Shown piece by piece: positions 24,701-39,700 of a stretch of DNA of 64,000 nucleotides. The notes beneath the pieces are model-generated. The model ran no database searches, had not been told where the DNA came from, and was given only the letters and a program-made list of their open reading frames with translations. The translations under genes were made by a program, and so were the position numbers. This DNA comes from Sminthopsis crassicaudata. Taxonomy: Eukaryota. The stretch lies in assembly GCF_048593235.1 (NCBI RefSeq), contig NC_133617.1, positions 13,211,607 to 13,275,606 on the forward strand. Reading direction: 5' to 3'. How positions within the stretch are numbered: position 1 is the stretch's first letter; each line of letters starts with the position of its first letter.

Positions 24701-27700
24701 TTGGGAATTGCCCTCTGGGTTCTGCTCATTTCGCCTCCGTAGCAGTCACAGGAAATCGATCCGGTTTCTCTCAAGTTCTTCCCAGCCACGTTTCTCAGAG
24801 GGCGGTCATCGGTCTGACCCCCCCCCCAACAGCCCCCTGCGGTTCATCCGGCTAGCTCCCCTCTCCTTGCTCTTTCCTGCCCCCAGAAGCGGTGCTGACA
24901 ACCCCCTGCTGCAGTGCAGAGCCAGGCTTGACCTTGGAGAACCCTTCATTTGGTGTGTGTGTGTGGGGGGGGGGACCTTTCACCAGTTCAGACTCCGGCC
25001 TCTGAATTATCGGGGCCCCAGACTCCCATTTCCTTCTGGTGATGACTCCCTTGGCACTCGTGGTCTTCAGACAGCAGGCAGACCTGTGGCCGTCACCGCC
25101 AGGCCCACACCCGCCCAGGGTTCGGCCTGCCTGGGCTTGTGCGTCGCCGGCACAGCCTTTGGGAGTCCCTCCTGTCCAGAGGTGCTGGAAGAGGCTGGAA
25201 GAGCTAAGGAGAATTAGTCCTGTTTCGTGAGTGAGTGAGTGAGTAATGAGTGAGTGAATGGGTGAGTAGTGAGTGAATGAGTAGTGAGTGAATGTGCGAA
25301 TCCCTTACAAGAATAGTAAGGGGGGGGGAGCAAGCACCGTCCTGCCCACTTTACGGCTGACTCGATGGACGGCGGGAGAAGTTAAGTCCTTTGCCCACAA
25401 GTTGCTGCTCGGAAGTGCCTGAGGCCAGAACGGCAGGCCGGTCACCCGCCGCCAAGGCCGGGCCCAGGAACTGCCCATCCCTTTCTCCCTTGGCTCCTTG
25501 TCCCGCACACCCCTTGGGCACGGCCCGACTGGGCCCCGAGTGTCCCCAGAGCGTGGGGAGTGCTGCCGACCTTTCTCGTGACTTGGTCCAGCTGCCAACG
25601 GGGCCGGGAGGACATTTCTGAAATCTGAGCACTGTACCGAGGGGGCAGTGGGCTTGGGCTTGGGCTTTGTGCCCCACCTCCACAGGGGCCACCCCCTCGA
25701 GGGGTTCCATCTTCCTTCCCCTTCTGGGGGGCACCTTCTCTAGTTTGATTTGAGGGACTTCAGGGTTCTAGAGCATTGGAGCTGGGCTCGCCTTTAGGGG
25801 CTGTCCAGCCTAGGGGTCAGCTGCCAACCAAGACTTGCGGCCTCACCGTGCCGCTGGCCAGCTGTTATACCTCCAATGAGACTGACCCTCCCCCCCCCCA
25901 TCAGCCCATTCTCGGCCCTCAGTCCCTGGGAAGCGGCCGTTCCTGGTCCAGCCCGCTCTTATTTTCCAAAAGATAAAATGGAGAGTTCCCTGAGAAGGGA
26001 ACTAGGAAATTGGATGTTGGAGCTGAGCTGGAACCCGGGGTTTCGGTTCCTCTGGGCAGGGCTCCCTTCCCCCCCAGACTGTTCCTGTGCTGCCGTGGCC
26101 CTCTGATCTTTTTTGGGCAACTTCACCTGGCCGGCCCCGTGGCTCCCCTCCAGCGCGCCCATGAAAGTCCTTTGTTTGTCAGGGGAAGGAAGCGATCGGC
26201 TGGAGGGCTGAGCCCAGGCTCGGGGCTGCTTGTCAGGGAGCCAGGGCCCAGGGTGGGTAGGGCTTGGCAGGAGAGGGCTGGGCCCGGCCGTGGGGGGGAC
26301 TTTGACAAGTGTGGGGAGGGGGCTGCTGGTCAGTCCTGGACTCCCAGGGACCTTCTCCTGCTTCTGGGGGGGGCAGGAATGGTTCCTCACAGCGGCTCCC
26401 TGTGAGAGCGCGGGCTGGGCCTGCTCCTAGGCCTCTGAGTCAGCCTGTTTTCCGAGGACTCCACCCTCCTCTTGGCTTTGAAAGCAAAGCAGAAATGAGA
26501 GCAGGGGCTGCCAGCGCTCCCGTGAAAGCCGCGGCTCACTTCCTGAGGCCGCCTCCCCCCGATTCTCCAGCTAGCCAGGAGCCTCTGGTCTCCAGCCCTG
26601 ACCCACGTGGCCCACAGCGAGCATTCGTGTCACGCCTTAAGTTACCGGCCCTTGGAGAGCTTCAGGGTGGGCAGCCAGTGTTACTGGTGCGGCTGAAGTG
26701 ACCGGGCCGGGGTCTCACAGCTGGTCCGGGCCTAAGGCTCCGCTGCTCTTGGCTCCAGGCCTAGCACCGGGTCCATGGTCTCCGTGAGGGCCGAGCAGAG
26801 AAATACACTCCCTGAGCTTGGGTGAAGGCCTCCCTCGGCGGGAGGCCCCTCACCTGGGCCCTGAGCTCAAGGGCTGTGTAATCAAATGGGGAGAACGAGC
26901 TGTGCAAGGAGATAAAAAAAGAGTCTGGGGAGGCTTCCCGGAGGAGGTGGGCCCAGCTGGAGGGGCTGCAGGTGGGACTGGGGGGGGGGGTAATGAGAGC
27001 CCAATTGTGGGTGGCCTGGAATGCCAGGACAGAGTTCAGATTTTATCTGGTCGTCAGTAGGCTTTGGGGTTGTGATGGAGGGAGCGGTACCAAGGGCGGT
27101 TGGCCAAGGCTGGTTTGGCCGGTAGAGTAGTCAAGGCCTTCAGGAAGGGCCAGGGATGATGGAGCCGGTCAGAGGGGAAGGAGAGGACGAGTCAGAGTCA
27201 GTCACCTGCCAGCCGGCCCTCAGCTCGCTTGGCTGCACGAGGAGGGTATCTTCCTAACTCTCCTTCCGGTCCTGCCATCCTGGGTCCGAGCTCTGAGGCT
27301 CTGTGCCAGGGCAGAGGGGAGCGTCACGGAGAACAAACGAGTCGCGCTTGGCTGTGTCCACAGCCCGCTGGGCCCCCAGGGGACAAGCCACGGGCAGCTG
27401 GAAAGAGCCCTGCTGGGCCGGGCCAGGGCTCATGGTGGAGCCTACGCGGTCTCGCGGGGAGTCATCCCAGAGACAGTCCTGAGAGGCCTGGCTGGGAGCC
27501 TGCTCCCACGTGGGCCTGGAAGTCAGGGCTCGGGGCCATGATCCTACAGTAGACTACTGGGGAGAGTGCCCCGTGTGAGACCACAGGGTGAGGGAGGTGG
27601 GGGAGTGCAGAGCAGCTGGGAATGGTGGGTTTGGAGCAACCTCCGAGGCCGGCTGGTCTCAACCGGACCCGAACGGGCTTCCCTCGGTGGGCAGGAGCCC

Positions 27701-30700
27701 CGGGAGCCTCTGCTGGCCTTCTTACTAACATCTTTCTAACAGAACCTTTGTGAAAGTGGGCGGAACCGCTGACCACAGCAAGCGCTCATACTGATGGAAA
27801 AGGCTTGGCCTGGGCCCTGGGGGAGCCCTGTCTCACCTTAGGAAAGGAGGGGGGGGGACGTGAAGTAGAACCGGGCCCGTGAATGGGAGGAGGCATCGTC
27901 TGTGGGACAGCGTGAGGCCCTGAGCGGCCCGCAGAGGACTTCAGGTCGGACGCCTCGGTGCAGGGAAGGCCCGGCTGGTTGCAGGCACTGGGTGCAGGGC
28001 GACCTCTGGCCCTGGGCCGGGTGCCTTGGAGACTGCCCGTGGGGTGAGGGAGGGGGTCCCTTTGCCCGGGACCCCCACAGCCACCCACAGGTTCCTTTTG
28101 GATTTTCCTGTGGGCCCAAGGCTGGTTTTTAGGGGAATGGAAAGTGCCTGAAGGCCTTTGCAGCTCTGCCTGTTGTGGCTTGAAGAGCTACCCTGGGAGC
28201 TTCAGGAGAAGCAGCCTGGAGTTCATGCTTTAGTCTAAAGGCCAGAAGGGCTGGAGATAGCCTTATCTCCGGGTCCTCCCTGCCAAGCTGGAGGCCCGGG
28301 GCGCCGGGGTCAATGACCAGTCATGTAGCAAGCCCAGCTGCCTCACAGTGGGTGTGACCCATCCTCTATGGCCTTCTGGGGAGGAACCAGGCCCGCGAAG
28401 GCCCAGCCCTGCAGGCCAGGGCCCTTTCCCTCTGGGGGACTCGGCCGGGCTCCCTGGGGCCGTATGGGGTGCCCGTGATGCGCCTCTCCTTTCTCCCTGA
28501 CTCAGAGGGGAGTTTGGCAGCTTGGAAGGGAAGCTTCGGGGAGCCCGAGGAAGTGGAGAACACCCTCTCCCTGCCCACGGGCCCTTCCACTTCACTTGGC
28601 ACTGGGCTGCAGAGACTAGAACAGGCAGCACCTGGGGAGGGGCCGGGATCACTCCGGGAGGCCCCCCCAGGACAGACACAGTAGATGAAGTGAATTGGTT
28701 CAGTCCCTGACGGGGCCGGCCTAAGAATGGCGGGGTTACAGAGGAGGTGGAAGGCTGCTGGGCAGCTGGCCTTGAGGGGTGGGAGATCTTGGACAAGTCT
28801 GCTCTAAAACGGGGGGGGAGGGGGTAACGGGGGGGAGAGCCCAGAGACATGAACGGTTAGCCTGCTTACAGTCTCTGTGGGATTCAGAATTACAGGAATG
28901 AGAAGTAGCAGAAGTACGACGCACATGTGAGAACCCAGGCGTGCGTGTGCCCCCCGTGTGTGCATTGTGGGTACAGGGGCACCCCACAGGAAGCTGGGGA
29001 CAGTGCCAGAGAGTCAGATGCTGAGCCGTGCGGGCACCCGCTGCTGCAGGGGGTGTGGGGAGCTGGAGGCAGAGGGGCCCAGTCAGGTGCGAAGCCAGGG
29101 AGGCCCAAGGGGACACGTGTGGGGGCTGCCCACGGAGGAGGGGGGCTCGGCTGGAGCGGAGCTCTGTGAACCCCAGAGGAGAAAGCGACTGGAGAGCTGG
29201 CGGTCCCGGACCGGGAAGGGGCTGAGCAGTCATCCCTTCATTTTATAGTCAGGGAGACTGAGGCCCAGAGGAAGCCTGGAAGGTGACTGAGGCTGCAGCG
29301 CTTAATTCGCTTAAGTTTAAGTCCATGCCCCCGCCACCAGGGTCTGATCAGCCCCTGCCCTCCTGGGGGGAGGGAGTGAAGCGGCTTCCCAAACAAGTAC
29401 CAGGTCTGCCCAGTGCCCACGAGCTGGGTAGCAGCAGGGGCCCTTTGCCCGCAGATGGGCAGGCCATGGGAACCGGTTATTTAGCCTCCTAAAAGCTGAA
29501 GGGGGCACTGAAGGGTGCTGAGGGCATGGGCGGATGTGGGCCAGAGGAGCAGGAGGGGGCGGGCCTGGAAGCCCTTTCTTTGTACTGGTACAGGGAGCTC
29601 GGGCGCATTCAGAGGCCGGTTTTGTGGCATGAAATTTGAGGTACACTTTTTCCCTCCTGAGAATGCACATAGAACGAGGCCCACGCGGGCTCGGAACGCA
29701 GGCTGCCCGTTTTCCCATCCATGGGACGCTGGGGACTCTTCCCTCTTTTTTGGCAAATTCTGGCCATCGAGTTCTCAGGAAAACTCACTGGGGAGGGGAG
29801 AAGGGGGCAAGGGGTGGAGCCCGTTCTCCGGGACTGTCTGGTCCAGGAAGCCGGGGTGAGCAGGCCCCCACCACCCCTGCTCCTTCTGGGACAGGAAAGA
29901 GTGAGAAGCCTTTCCCTCTTAAATGCACAAATCAGGGAGGTTAAAGCTTTACTAGGTAATTAAACAAAACTTCACCTCAGCAAAAGTGAGTACAAAGCTC
30001 AGCTGGTCAGGTCTGCCAAGCTGGGGCCGGCTCTGGGGCCGGCTCTGCTGCCCGTCAGAGCCAGGTGGGGGAGGTGGAAGGGAAGCCTGGCCGCCTTCCA
30101 GGCCCAGTCGGAGCTGCAGCCCACACGGCTCAGAGGCGGCTGGGAAAAGCCCTTGCTGGTGGAGCAGGGGGTGGAGCAGGGCACGGAGCAGCTCCTCACC
30201 CCTTCTGGAGGAGACTATGCTGGCCTCTGGGCGGCTGCTCTAGCCCCTCCAGCCAGCAAGCCCCATTCCTGGGTGAGGGGCACTTGGAAGCTTGGCCCGG
30301 GCTGGAGCAGCTGTGTTCCCTCTGGGCCCGGGGGTAGCGCCAGTGACTAAGGGATGACACGGATTGCGCCAGGTGCCTCCCTGGCACCCCTGCCCGACTC
30401 CGCATGACTCGTGTTGGGCCTGCTGCCTCCTGGTCTTCAGTGCTTCCCTCCTGGCTCCGGCAGTCAGCTCCCCGGGGACCCCGGCTCGGTTACTTCAAAC
30501 GGCCTGACACCGGCATTACCCGCCCCGGAGGAGGGTTGTGGTGAAAGCTGGAAGTGCTTTGTCAACTGCCATGGGAGCCATTGTGACGGTTACCTTGGAA
30601 GCCCGCACCTTATCTCCGGGGGTCTCCTGTTACCTGAGTGTACCATGCTTTAGCCGCTCGAGAACAAAGGGTGCTCCTGCCCAGGGGGAAGCCCAGTGAC

Positions 30701-33700
30701 GGGGCGTCTCGGCTTGCCTCTCCCCGGAGGGGGCGGCCGCCAGGAAGGGCTCCTCAGAGGCCCCCGGGTGTCCCGGTGTGAGGCAAGGCCAGAGACTGCT
30801 GGCGAGCGGCTGGGAAGCTCTCCAGTCCCTTTATTCTGCCTGACAGGGCTCACCCACCCCTGGCTGTGACCCTGCAAAGCGGTTTGGCTCTGGTGGAAAG
30901 CTCACAGGAGGGAGGATGCGGCCTCTTCCGCTGGCCTTCCTTTCCCAGATTCAGCCTGGGCACACCTTCCCCACTGCCGTCCCTGTCCCTGGGCACTGGG
31001 CTTTGCTTTTCCAGCCGGGAAAGGGGCTGCTGGCAGAGCAGGTCAGAGCTGGTGCCAGGGGCTCAGACCCATTCCGTTCTGACATCATGGAGCCCCCAGG
31101 GCTCAGAGTCCCTGTCCCGCAAGGTCGATGGGCCCGTGTCTGTGGAGCCGAACCAGCCTGTGAGGCTGCGAGGGCTGTGGGGGGGGAACCCGGCCCCTCC
31201 TTTTGCAGAGAGCTGGGCCCGGCGGGGAGCCTGTATTTTGAGCCCTGACTTTCCAACTTGAAAGTCCGCATTCCTTCCGCCGGGCCCTGTCCAGTGTCCT
31301 AAGTCCTGGGCTTGGAACCTTGTTTCTGGAGGAAGGAGGAAGGGAACTGAGCTCATAAACCCCCCTCTGAGAAAGTGTGGGGAGGGATATGTCCAGATCT
31401 CGTGGTAGAACAGCTGACAGGCCCCGGTGTCAGCGCCTGCTGCGTGACCTTAGGTCACTCTAGGCCTCTCGGGGCCAGCCCCACACTGGGACGGTCGGCG
31501 AGGCCGTTGGGGAGGAACCTCGACCTCTCCTTTTCCCACACTTGACCTGGAGCCGTCTTTGGGACGTATCGGAAGGGCAGCGGGGCCGCCTTGGCAGGAA
31601 GGGGAGCCCGGCTCTGAGGGCCCCGTCAGACGGCGGTGCCGGCCCTTTCTGCTCCACCTTCTGGTCCTCGTTTATACTGGGCTGGGACATTTCATACTTG
31701 TGCGTGGGGGCTGCCGGAAGCCAAAGGACACCAAGGGGAGAAGGGCTGGGGGGGCCGCCTCCATTAAAGCTGTCCCTCGTGGTACTGCCCGAGCCCAGGC
31801 TGTCCTCCGGAGCTGTGGGGCCTTCTGGGATGGCTCTGTCTTGAAGGCCTTCTGAAAGGGTCAGTGAGCTGCCAGTGGCCCTAACGAGAGACAGACGGTG
31901 ATAAACCGGCCCCATGTGGTGGGATAAAGGGATCAAGGGTCCTGGAAACGCAGAGTAGAGAGATGATGCGACAGAGGCTTGATAATCCCTGTTTCGTGGA
32001 GCGGATCATGGCTAGATCCTGAGACCTAAGCGGTCTGAGGAATTGGGAAGCCGGGGTCAGTAAGGGACATGACGTGCGTGAGGAAGGCCTCGCCTGCAGG
32101 AGGCGATGCACTCGGAAACAGGACCCCAGAAAGGAGACCGAGGAGTGACTCTTCAGGGGGGCAGAACCGCAGACCCCTGAGGGGAGGGATGGCCTTGGTC
32201 ACCTTGGGGGAAGTGGCCAACATGACAGACGTGCCCTGGCTGGACTTGGGGCTCTTCATGGGGACCGTCGTTCATTCCTCCCCCCCCCCCCCACCCCGGA
32301 CACAGAAGTCCAGTGTGCTCAGCCCATGCACAGGACGGCCCAAGACAGAGCCTGAAGACTGGGGGCTTCGTCCAGGAGGTTTGGCCGGTCCTCTGCCTTC
32401 CCAAGCCGCGGTCTCTCTTGGCGCAGAGCGGCGTATCTGTCCCCAGGACATCAGGGTCCGGTCCTGCCCTCCCTCGGGCCTCGGTGGCCCCGAGTTCTCT
32501 CACTTGCTTTGCTTTGGGGCCATTCGCACGGCCACCGTTGGGTTGGTCCTTCTTCCCCTGACGGGCACTCCCTTTCCCCCGGTTCTCTGCTCTTCCCCAA
32601 GTAGCTGTGGTAGTGTGGACCTTCCCCCTGGGGGTCTGACCCGGGCCCGGCATTGCCTCCCCAGGGGCTGCGTACGGTTTGGGCTCTGGTTCTCTTTCCC
32701 ATGAATCTCTGGGACTGGTGGTAGAAGTGGAGCCTCAGTTTACAGATGAGGAAACAGAGCAGGAGAGGCCCAGGCCTTGCCACGGGATGATGCTGGGATG
32801 ATGGGAAGGGCACTTCTAAGTCCAAACACTGGTTTTTGGTCTTTGGTTGGAAGGAGCTGGGCTAGAGGAGGGTGCCGTGGTCAGGAGGGGAGCCGGGAGG
32901 CGAGACCCCAGCAGCCAGGGGGTCCTGCTGGGTGGGCCGGGCCGGTGGCCTGCTCTGACTGACCCGATCTGCTTTTTGCTCCATAGAGTAGAGGAAGTCC
33001 CCCTGGACGTGCTGAGACAGCGGGAGTCCAAGTGGCTGGATATGCTCAACAGCTGGGACAAATGGATGGCTAAGAGGCACAAGAAGGTGGGTGAGCCAGG
33101 CCTTCCGGACCCCTTTCCTTTCTGGCCAGTCAGCGGGCCTCCCGGGCTGGGAGGGGTGTCGCCCGCCGTGGACGGTCAGGAGGATGGCAGCTGCCAGCCG
33201 AGGGAGGGCCTCTCACAGCCAGGGATGGGAAGCCAGGAGGCTGGTAAGGGGAAGCAGCTCTGGGGGATCTGCAGGTGACGTACTCGTTTCTGGCCCAGCA
33301 TCTGGGGGGCTGCTCCTCAGCGGCCCCCCCCCCGGCCCTGCCGACCATGGTGCCCCACGAGGCCTTTCAGGACAGACTGTGAGAGGCGCTGGTGGGGCCT
33401 TCTCCTGCCGGGTCCCGGGGGTCCCACTCACCCATCGGGGCACCTTTCTATTGGGGTTAGAAGAAGGGCTAAAAGGCCCATTTGGGTGGGAGTCTGAGGC
33501 TGCTGCCCACCCGGGGCCTCCAGGGCCTGGGGCTTCCCAAAGGGCTTTCCTGAGCGGCTGTGGCTCCTGGTAATCCTGGGGCCCGTGTTGGGATCCACTG
33601 AACCCTTCCCTCTGGGGTCCCCTCCCCAGAAGGTGGGTGTCAGGCCTTTCAGACCTCCCTGCTGCCCTCAGGAGCAGCCGCCCCTCCTTCTGTTGGAAGG

Positions 33701-36700
33701 GCCTGCTTCCTCCGGGAGGGCTTCGTCCTGAGGTGTCTCTGTTTTGTCCCCTGGGGAAGCCGGCTGCCCCAGGACACAGCCTCCCTCCTCCCCTGTTCCT
33801 GAGGCCGCCTCAGGCCCTAGTGACCACCACCCGGGCTGGGCCTCTGCTTTATGCCATAGAGGTGTGATGGTGGAGATATTGAGGCAGGCGCCGCAGGCTG
33901 GGACCGCAGGAAGTTGCCCTGCCCTTGACGCCCTCCCTTGCACTAGCAGGTGGACCTGGTGGATGAGGCGCCCAAGGGCCCGCAGGCCTGAGTGGGTGAA
34001 GCCCACGGGCCGGGAGCCCTGGACGGGCGAGGGCCACGGGCCGGCCTCCTGCTGGCCTCAGGCTGATGCCTGCTAGGCTTCCTCCTCAGCATCACATGGA
34101 GGACATTTCCCAGAGCGCCTTGCCCCCCTTCTGTCCCCTGATCCTTGAGGTGACGCTGGGAAGGGGACGGAAGGGGAGGAAGCTTCATTTCTCTTCTGTG
34201 GCAGATACTTGTAGGAAGGCCGGCTCTGTGTCTGCCTCAGTGGCCGCCAGGGCCAGAGCCCGAGGCCAGCAGGCCCAGGACTGGCCAGGCCCGAGGGAGA
34301 ACGGATTGGGCGGAGGGACGGCCTGGACTGGGGCTCTTTCTCCCAGTGATTGCTCCGGGCCTCTGAGCTCCCTTTCCAAGGAGCGAGAGAAGCAGCCGCA
34401 GCCTCCTCCCGTCCCCAGCCGGCCCCTTCACCCCTGCTTGTCCCCCCCACTCCTGCCCAGCGTGTCCCCTCTGTGCCTGGACCCCTGAACCCCTCCTCCC
34501 TGACTCAGCCTGAAAGCTTTGCCTTCAGAGGGTCCAGGGCTTTCTTCCCTGCCCTATCCTGGGGGCCCTCACGGGCGTCTCCTGCCTCCCTCTAGCTGTG
34601 GCAGGGGGGGATCCCCGCGGGCCACCCTAGCCAGGGCTGGGGCTTCCCACTTCCCTGTGGCCCTGGGGCTCCTTCCCTGGGAAATGAGCCGATTTGCTCC
34701 GTGACCTCTGGGGAGGCCCGACGTGGGGAGAGCTGCCCCTGGGCCTCTGCGGCTGCCCGTTCTGTCTCAGCTTCTGAGCCCTGGCCTGGGCCGGCCCTGC
34801 CGGGCTCTGATCAGTGCCAGCGGAAGGTTTGGGAGGCGCCCTGGACCCGATAAGCTGCCTCCATGCTTGGGTTGGTGCCGGTAGGTCGCCCCCGGAGGAA
34901 AGGGCCGGGCCCTCGCGCTTCTGCCGAATCTCCCAGAGCAGACGCTGTCAGGGCTCTCCACAGGCTCCATGCCTGGCAGCGTCCCTCAGCGCCAGTGCCA
35001 GGGACCTGTCCTGATTGTCAGCACTTGTCCCGGGGGCTCACGCAGCTGAGGAGGATCCTGGGAGGGGCAGTGTCTGCAGGGGAAACCCAGGCTCCTGGAC
35101 GGGCAGGAAGTGGGCCAGTGGCAGGAAGAGCCCAGACTGGCGACTGGGACTCTGGGGCTGCTTGGAGCTGCCAGGACTGGGGCTCCTGCTGCGGATCCCT
35201 CCGTCAGTCCTCACCCCCTACTAAGCACCTGGGAAAGGCATCCGTGCTCAGTCTTTCCCCCAATGGCTGGTCAGGGAATCCCCACTTTGAGGGGACATAG
35301 CTGAGCTCCCGTGTCCCCCAGCTTCTCCCCCTGCCCCCAGCTCCTCACCTGTCTCTCCCCATCTTGGAACATGTGTCCTGGGAGGCTGGACCTGGGCCAT
35401 TCCAGCCTGAGGCTAACGGCTACCCGGCGCGGCTCCCCGTGGGGACCCCTGGGCTTCAGGCCTAGCTCTGACGGGACCATCTGGCGGTGTCTCTCACTCT
35501 GGCCACAGGCTCCTCGGCGGTACAAAATCACTGCTTTTCCCAGGAGGGCCGGGCTGGGCTGCGGTGGGGGGACATCTTCCCAGGCTGCTTTGGGAAAGGG
35601 CCCCGGCAGGAAATCCTCCCAGGCCCGTTCTTCTCTTCTGACAGCCGTCAGGCTCCATCTCTTCCTTGTCCCCTTGTCTGAGACGTTCCCTCTGGGGCGG
35701 GGGCGGGGGCAGGGGAGGGGCTGGGGGCTGCCGCACTTCCTTGGCGCTGGGGGTGCCTGGGCCCAGCACATTGCTCTTCAGGCCGCCCTCGTCCCACGGC
35801 TCGTGGGGCACCCGGCCTCGGGACCTCCGTGGGCTAATTGGGGCATTGGAATAGTTTGGTGTGAATGTAGGGGAGGAGGTGGGTGTTCTAGGGTGCAGGG
35901 GCTGGGCTGTGGAGACCCAGGGGGGAATGGGGGAGGAAGGGGACAAACGGATGTGCAAGATGCTGCCAGAGGGGGTGGGGGGGAATGGCTGACAATACCC
36001 TGTGGGGAATGGCGCGAAGGCTGTTCAGAAGGGCAGACTGGCAAAGGCGGAAGGTCCGGCCCAGGTGGCCTTGCTTGGCCCGACAGAGGGGGAGGCAGAG
36101 GCTAAATGACTGGCATGGGAGGCCACTGCCCAAATCGTGCCCCGGCGGCCTTGCCCAGGAATCCCTCGGGATCCGCCCTGTGGCCGAGGACGTTTCTTCC
36201 TTGTCCGAGCCTCGGCCGTGTCGCAGGCGGTCTGTTTGCTTCTGCATTTCGTTCTACGCTTCCTGGCGTTATTCCCACCTCTGCGATCGGGCTCCCAGAG
36301 TCTCCTTCCGCTCCCGTGGGCACGGAAGCCGTTCCTCTGGGCTCTCTGCGCTCTGCCTCCGCTGGGAAAAGCCTGCAGCTCTTCCCAACTGTTCTCTCCT
36401 AAGTCTCTTGTGCCAAGATAGTATCCCTTAGGGCACCTGTTCCCCACCTGAGGGCCCCGCCCCCCGAGTTTGCAGCTCTTGGTTACACAATCGATTTCCC
36501 CTCTTTAACTGAGACTTTGACAGTTAAACTGTCGGAGCAGTGGAGAGAAGCGAGCTCTGGCTTCCCAGCTGGCCCTGCAGACAAGTTCCTGTGTGACATC
36601 CACTGGTTCCCAACCGGTTTTTCAGGCCCTGGACACAGACCAGAGCCCGGGCCCCAGCAGCCTTGGGGGTGGCGGCCCTGAGGCAGGCGGGGCTGCAGGC

Positions 36701-39700
36701 CGGGCAAGGATGCCTTCACGTCTCCCCCTGCTCCCTGCTCCCCCCTCCTCTGGGCTGGGGGGCTCGCAGCTTGTGCTCTGAGGGCGCCCCGCTCTGCTCC
36801 CCTCCCTCCTCTCCCCCTCGAGCAGCAATTCTCTCTCTCCCCAGATCCGGCTGCGGTGCCAGAAGGGGATTCCGCCATCCTTGCGGGGCCGGGCCTGGCA
36901 GTACCTGTCGGGAGGGAAGGTCAAGCTCCAGCAGAATCCGGGGAAGTTTGACGTAAGGAGCGTCCCTCCCAGCCCCACTCACTCCCCCCGCCCCCAGATC
37001 CGGCTGAGCAGCCTTGGAGGCCCCCCAGCCACTTAGCGGGGAGAAGAGGCCATGCGGGTCGTTGAGGCAGAGGAACGATGGGGACAAAGGGCCGGGCAGG
37101 CCAAGGCCGGGGAGGGCACCATTGGGCAGACCTGCCAAGCGGGCTGTCATGTGCCCCCGGTGTGCCCAGGACCTCTGGGGTCTCCAACCGGGCTGATGCT
37201 CAAAGGGGTGAGGCCAGATTTGGGGCCTTCCATCCCCTCAGAGACCCTCCAGTTGGGAGGCCATGTTGGGGGAGGGGGGCCTGGCTCCCCCCGTCAGTAT
37301 TTCTTCTGGGAGGGCGAGCTGGGGGCGCTGGCTGAGAGACCCCCCACAGGGCCTCGGGGAGTTCATTCAGAGTCTCCTTGCCGGGCCCCATCTCTCCCCA
37401 TCTCCCTTTCAGGAGTTGGACCTCTCACCAGGAGACCCCAAGTGGCTGGACGTGATTGAGAGAGACCTACACCGGCAGTTCCCCTTCCACGAGATGTTTG
37501 TGTCCCGTGGGGGCCACGGGTAAGAGACCTGGGGAGACCCCGGGCTCGGGGGGGGGGGGGGTTGGGGCCTCTGGGCAGCCAGGAAGCTGGAGCCCTCTCG
37601 CTGGTCCCGCCCCTCGAGATGCACTCCTCAGACAACTGCGGCCGACCCCCCCCACACACACGGAGCTTCTTTAATTAGCCTCCCTTCAGCTGGCCCCGGG
37701 CACAGGCCAGAACTCGGGCTCCTCTGAAGGAGCAGGAGACAGGGCCCCGCTGCCAGCCTGGGCACTCAGTGCCCAGAGCCTGGGCTGTCACTCCCTCCTC
37801 CTGCTCATTTACAGATGAGGAAATGGAGCCAGACAGTGACTTGTCCAAGGTCTCACATTGAGCTCAGGCCTTCCTGGCCCAGGCCCAGTGCTCTGTCCAC
37901 TCTGGCGCCACCTGCTGCCCAGCTCTGCCCGTGGGTGGAGATCACGGATGGGGAAGTGCAGGGAGAAGGGGCCCAGAACCGGGCTGGGGGGCCCCGAGAA
38001 GAGACTTCAGCCCCCTTGGGTTCTCGCTCTCTGAGGAGGGCGTGTTCCAGGCCTTGCACAAGGCGCTTTCTCCTTCCAGCCTCCCAGCAGCCGGAGCCCG
38101 AGGTCTGTTTGCTAGTGAGTGTCGGAGGCTGGATTTGAGTGCAGGTCACTTGGGGCTCTGGGCCCGAGGGGAAAGGACTCGTCTGTGACTCCTTGGAGTG
38201 AAGAACAAGGGGCTGTGGCTCTGGGAGGCAGGGGCGCGTGCCCGGGCAGAGACTGGGGGAGCGGGGAGCTTGTGGGGCGAGCGTCGCCCCTGGACCGCGG
38301 CGTTCTGAGCTGCGGCAGCCGCTGGTTTGTGCTCTGTCCCTGAGGCTGGGACTATGCAGACGTGGGCAGGGGCTTGGGCCACACGGGCAGCCGGGGGGGG
38401 CCTGGTCTCCTTTTGTGGCAGGAGGGCCCTGCTCCGGTGCCCCAGGGCTCCAGGCTGTCCCTGGAGGGAGTGGGCCCAGGGGAGGCACAAGGGCACAGGC
38501 TTGCGCTCACACTGCAGCCAAGCCCCCCTAAGTGGCCAGTGGCCTTCCAGGGGTGCGGTGAGGACCCAGCCGAATGGGTCAAAGGGTGTGAGGGGGAGAG
38601 TCTCTGAGGTCAGGAACCCCCAGGTGGGTGGGCCGTGACTGCCCCTGGGAAAGCCCTTCCTCTGTGGGCAGGGGGCACTGGGATCCCTGGGGGTGACCTG
38701 GAGGTGACAGCTGACCCCGAAGAGCCAGTGCTGGGCCCCAGGGCCAGGCCGTTGGCGCTCTGCCCCAAGGAACGGTGCCCCTGAGCCCTGGCACTCATGC
38801 GCTTCCCCCTCTAGCCAACAGGACTTGTTCCGCGTGCTGAAGGCCTACACGCTGTACAGGCCCGAGGAGGGCTACTGCCAGGCCCAGGCGCCCGTGGCAG
38901 CCGTGCTGCTCATGCACATGCCCGCTGAGGTAGCCCCGGGTACCACAGGGGGCGGGCGTGGGGGGGGGTGCCCTGGAGGCCGAGGGCCTGACTCCTCTCT
39001 CCCTGTGGCAGCAAGCCTTCTGGTGCCTGGTGCAGATCTGCGAGAAGTACCTGCCGGGCTACTACAGCGAGAAGCTGGTGAGCCCCCGGGCCTTCCCAGG
39101 GTGGGGGTGGGGGTGGGGGAGCGATGGCTGCCTGCCACGTGTTCCCTGCCCACGTGTGTGCGGGCAGCCCCGGGCCAAGCGCTCACCCCGCCCACTCACC
39201 ACAGGAGGCCATCCAGTTGGACGGGGAGATCCTGTTCTCTCTGCTGCACAAAGTGTCCCCCGTGGCCTACAAGCACCTGAGCAAGCAGAAGATCGACCCC
39301 ATCCTGTACATGACCGAGTGGTTCATGTGCGCCTTCTCGCGCACCCTGCCCTGGAGCTCCGTGCTCCGCGTCTGGGACATGTTTTTCTGCGAAGGTACGG
39401 GCCCCCTTCCCCCCCTTGGGCTCTGCGGGAGGTGGTGATCACACCTGGAGGAGCCAGTGCCGTCCCGGGAGGAGGCCCCAGCGACGGGCAATGCCAAGGT
39501 GCCCACTCCCATCATTAGACTTGGGTTGGCTCAGGTGCAAAGGCTGCTGGGAGGGATGGCGATCACCCCCAGCCACAGGGGGACAGGAGTAGGCTCCTGG
39601 AGAGGGCTCAGAGACAGGACCCACGGCGCCAACGCTGGCTGCCTCTCTCACCCCCAAAGAGCCTCATGTGGCCAAAGGCAGCACCTTCTGTGGCAGCCGT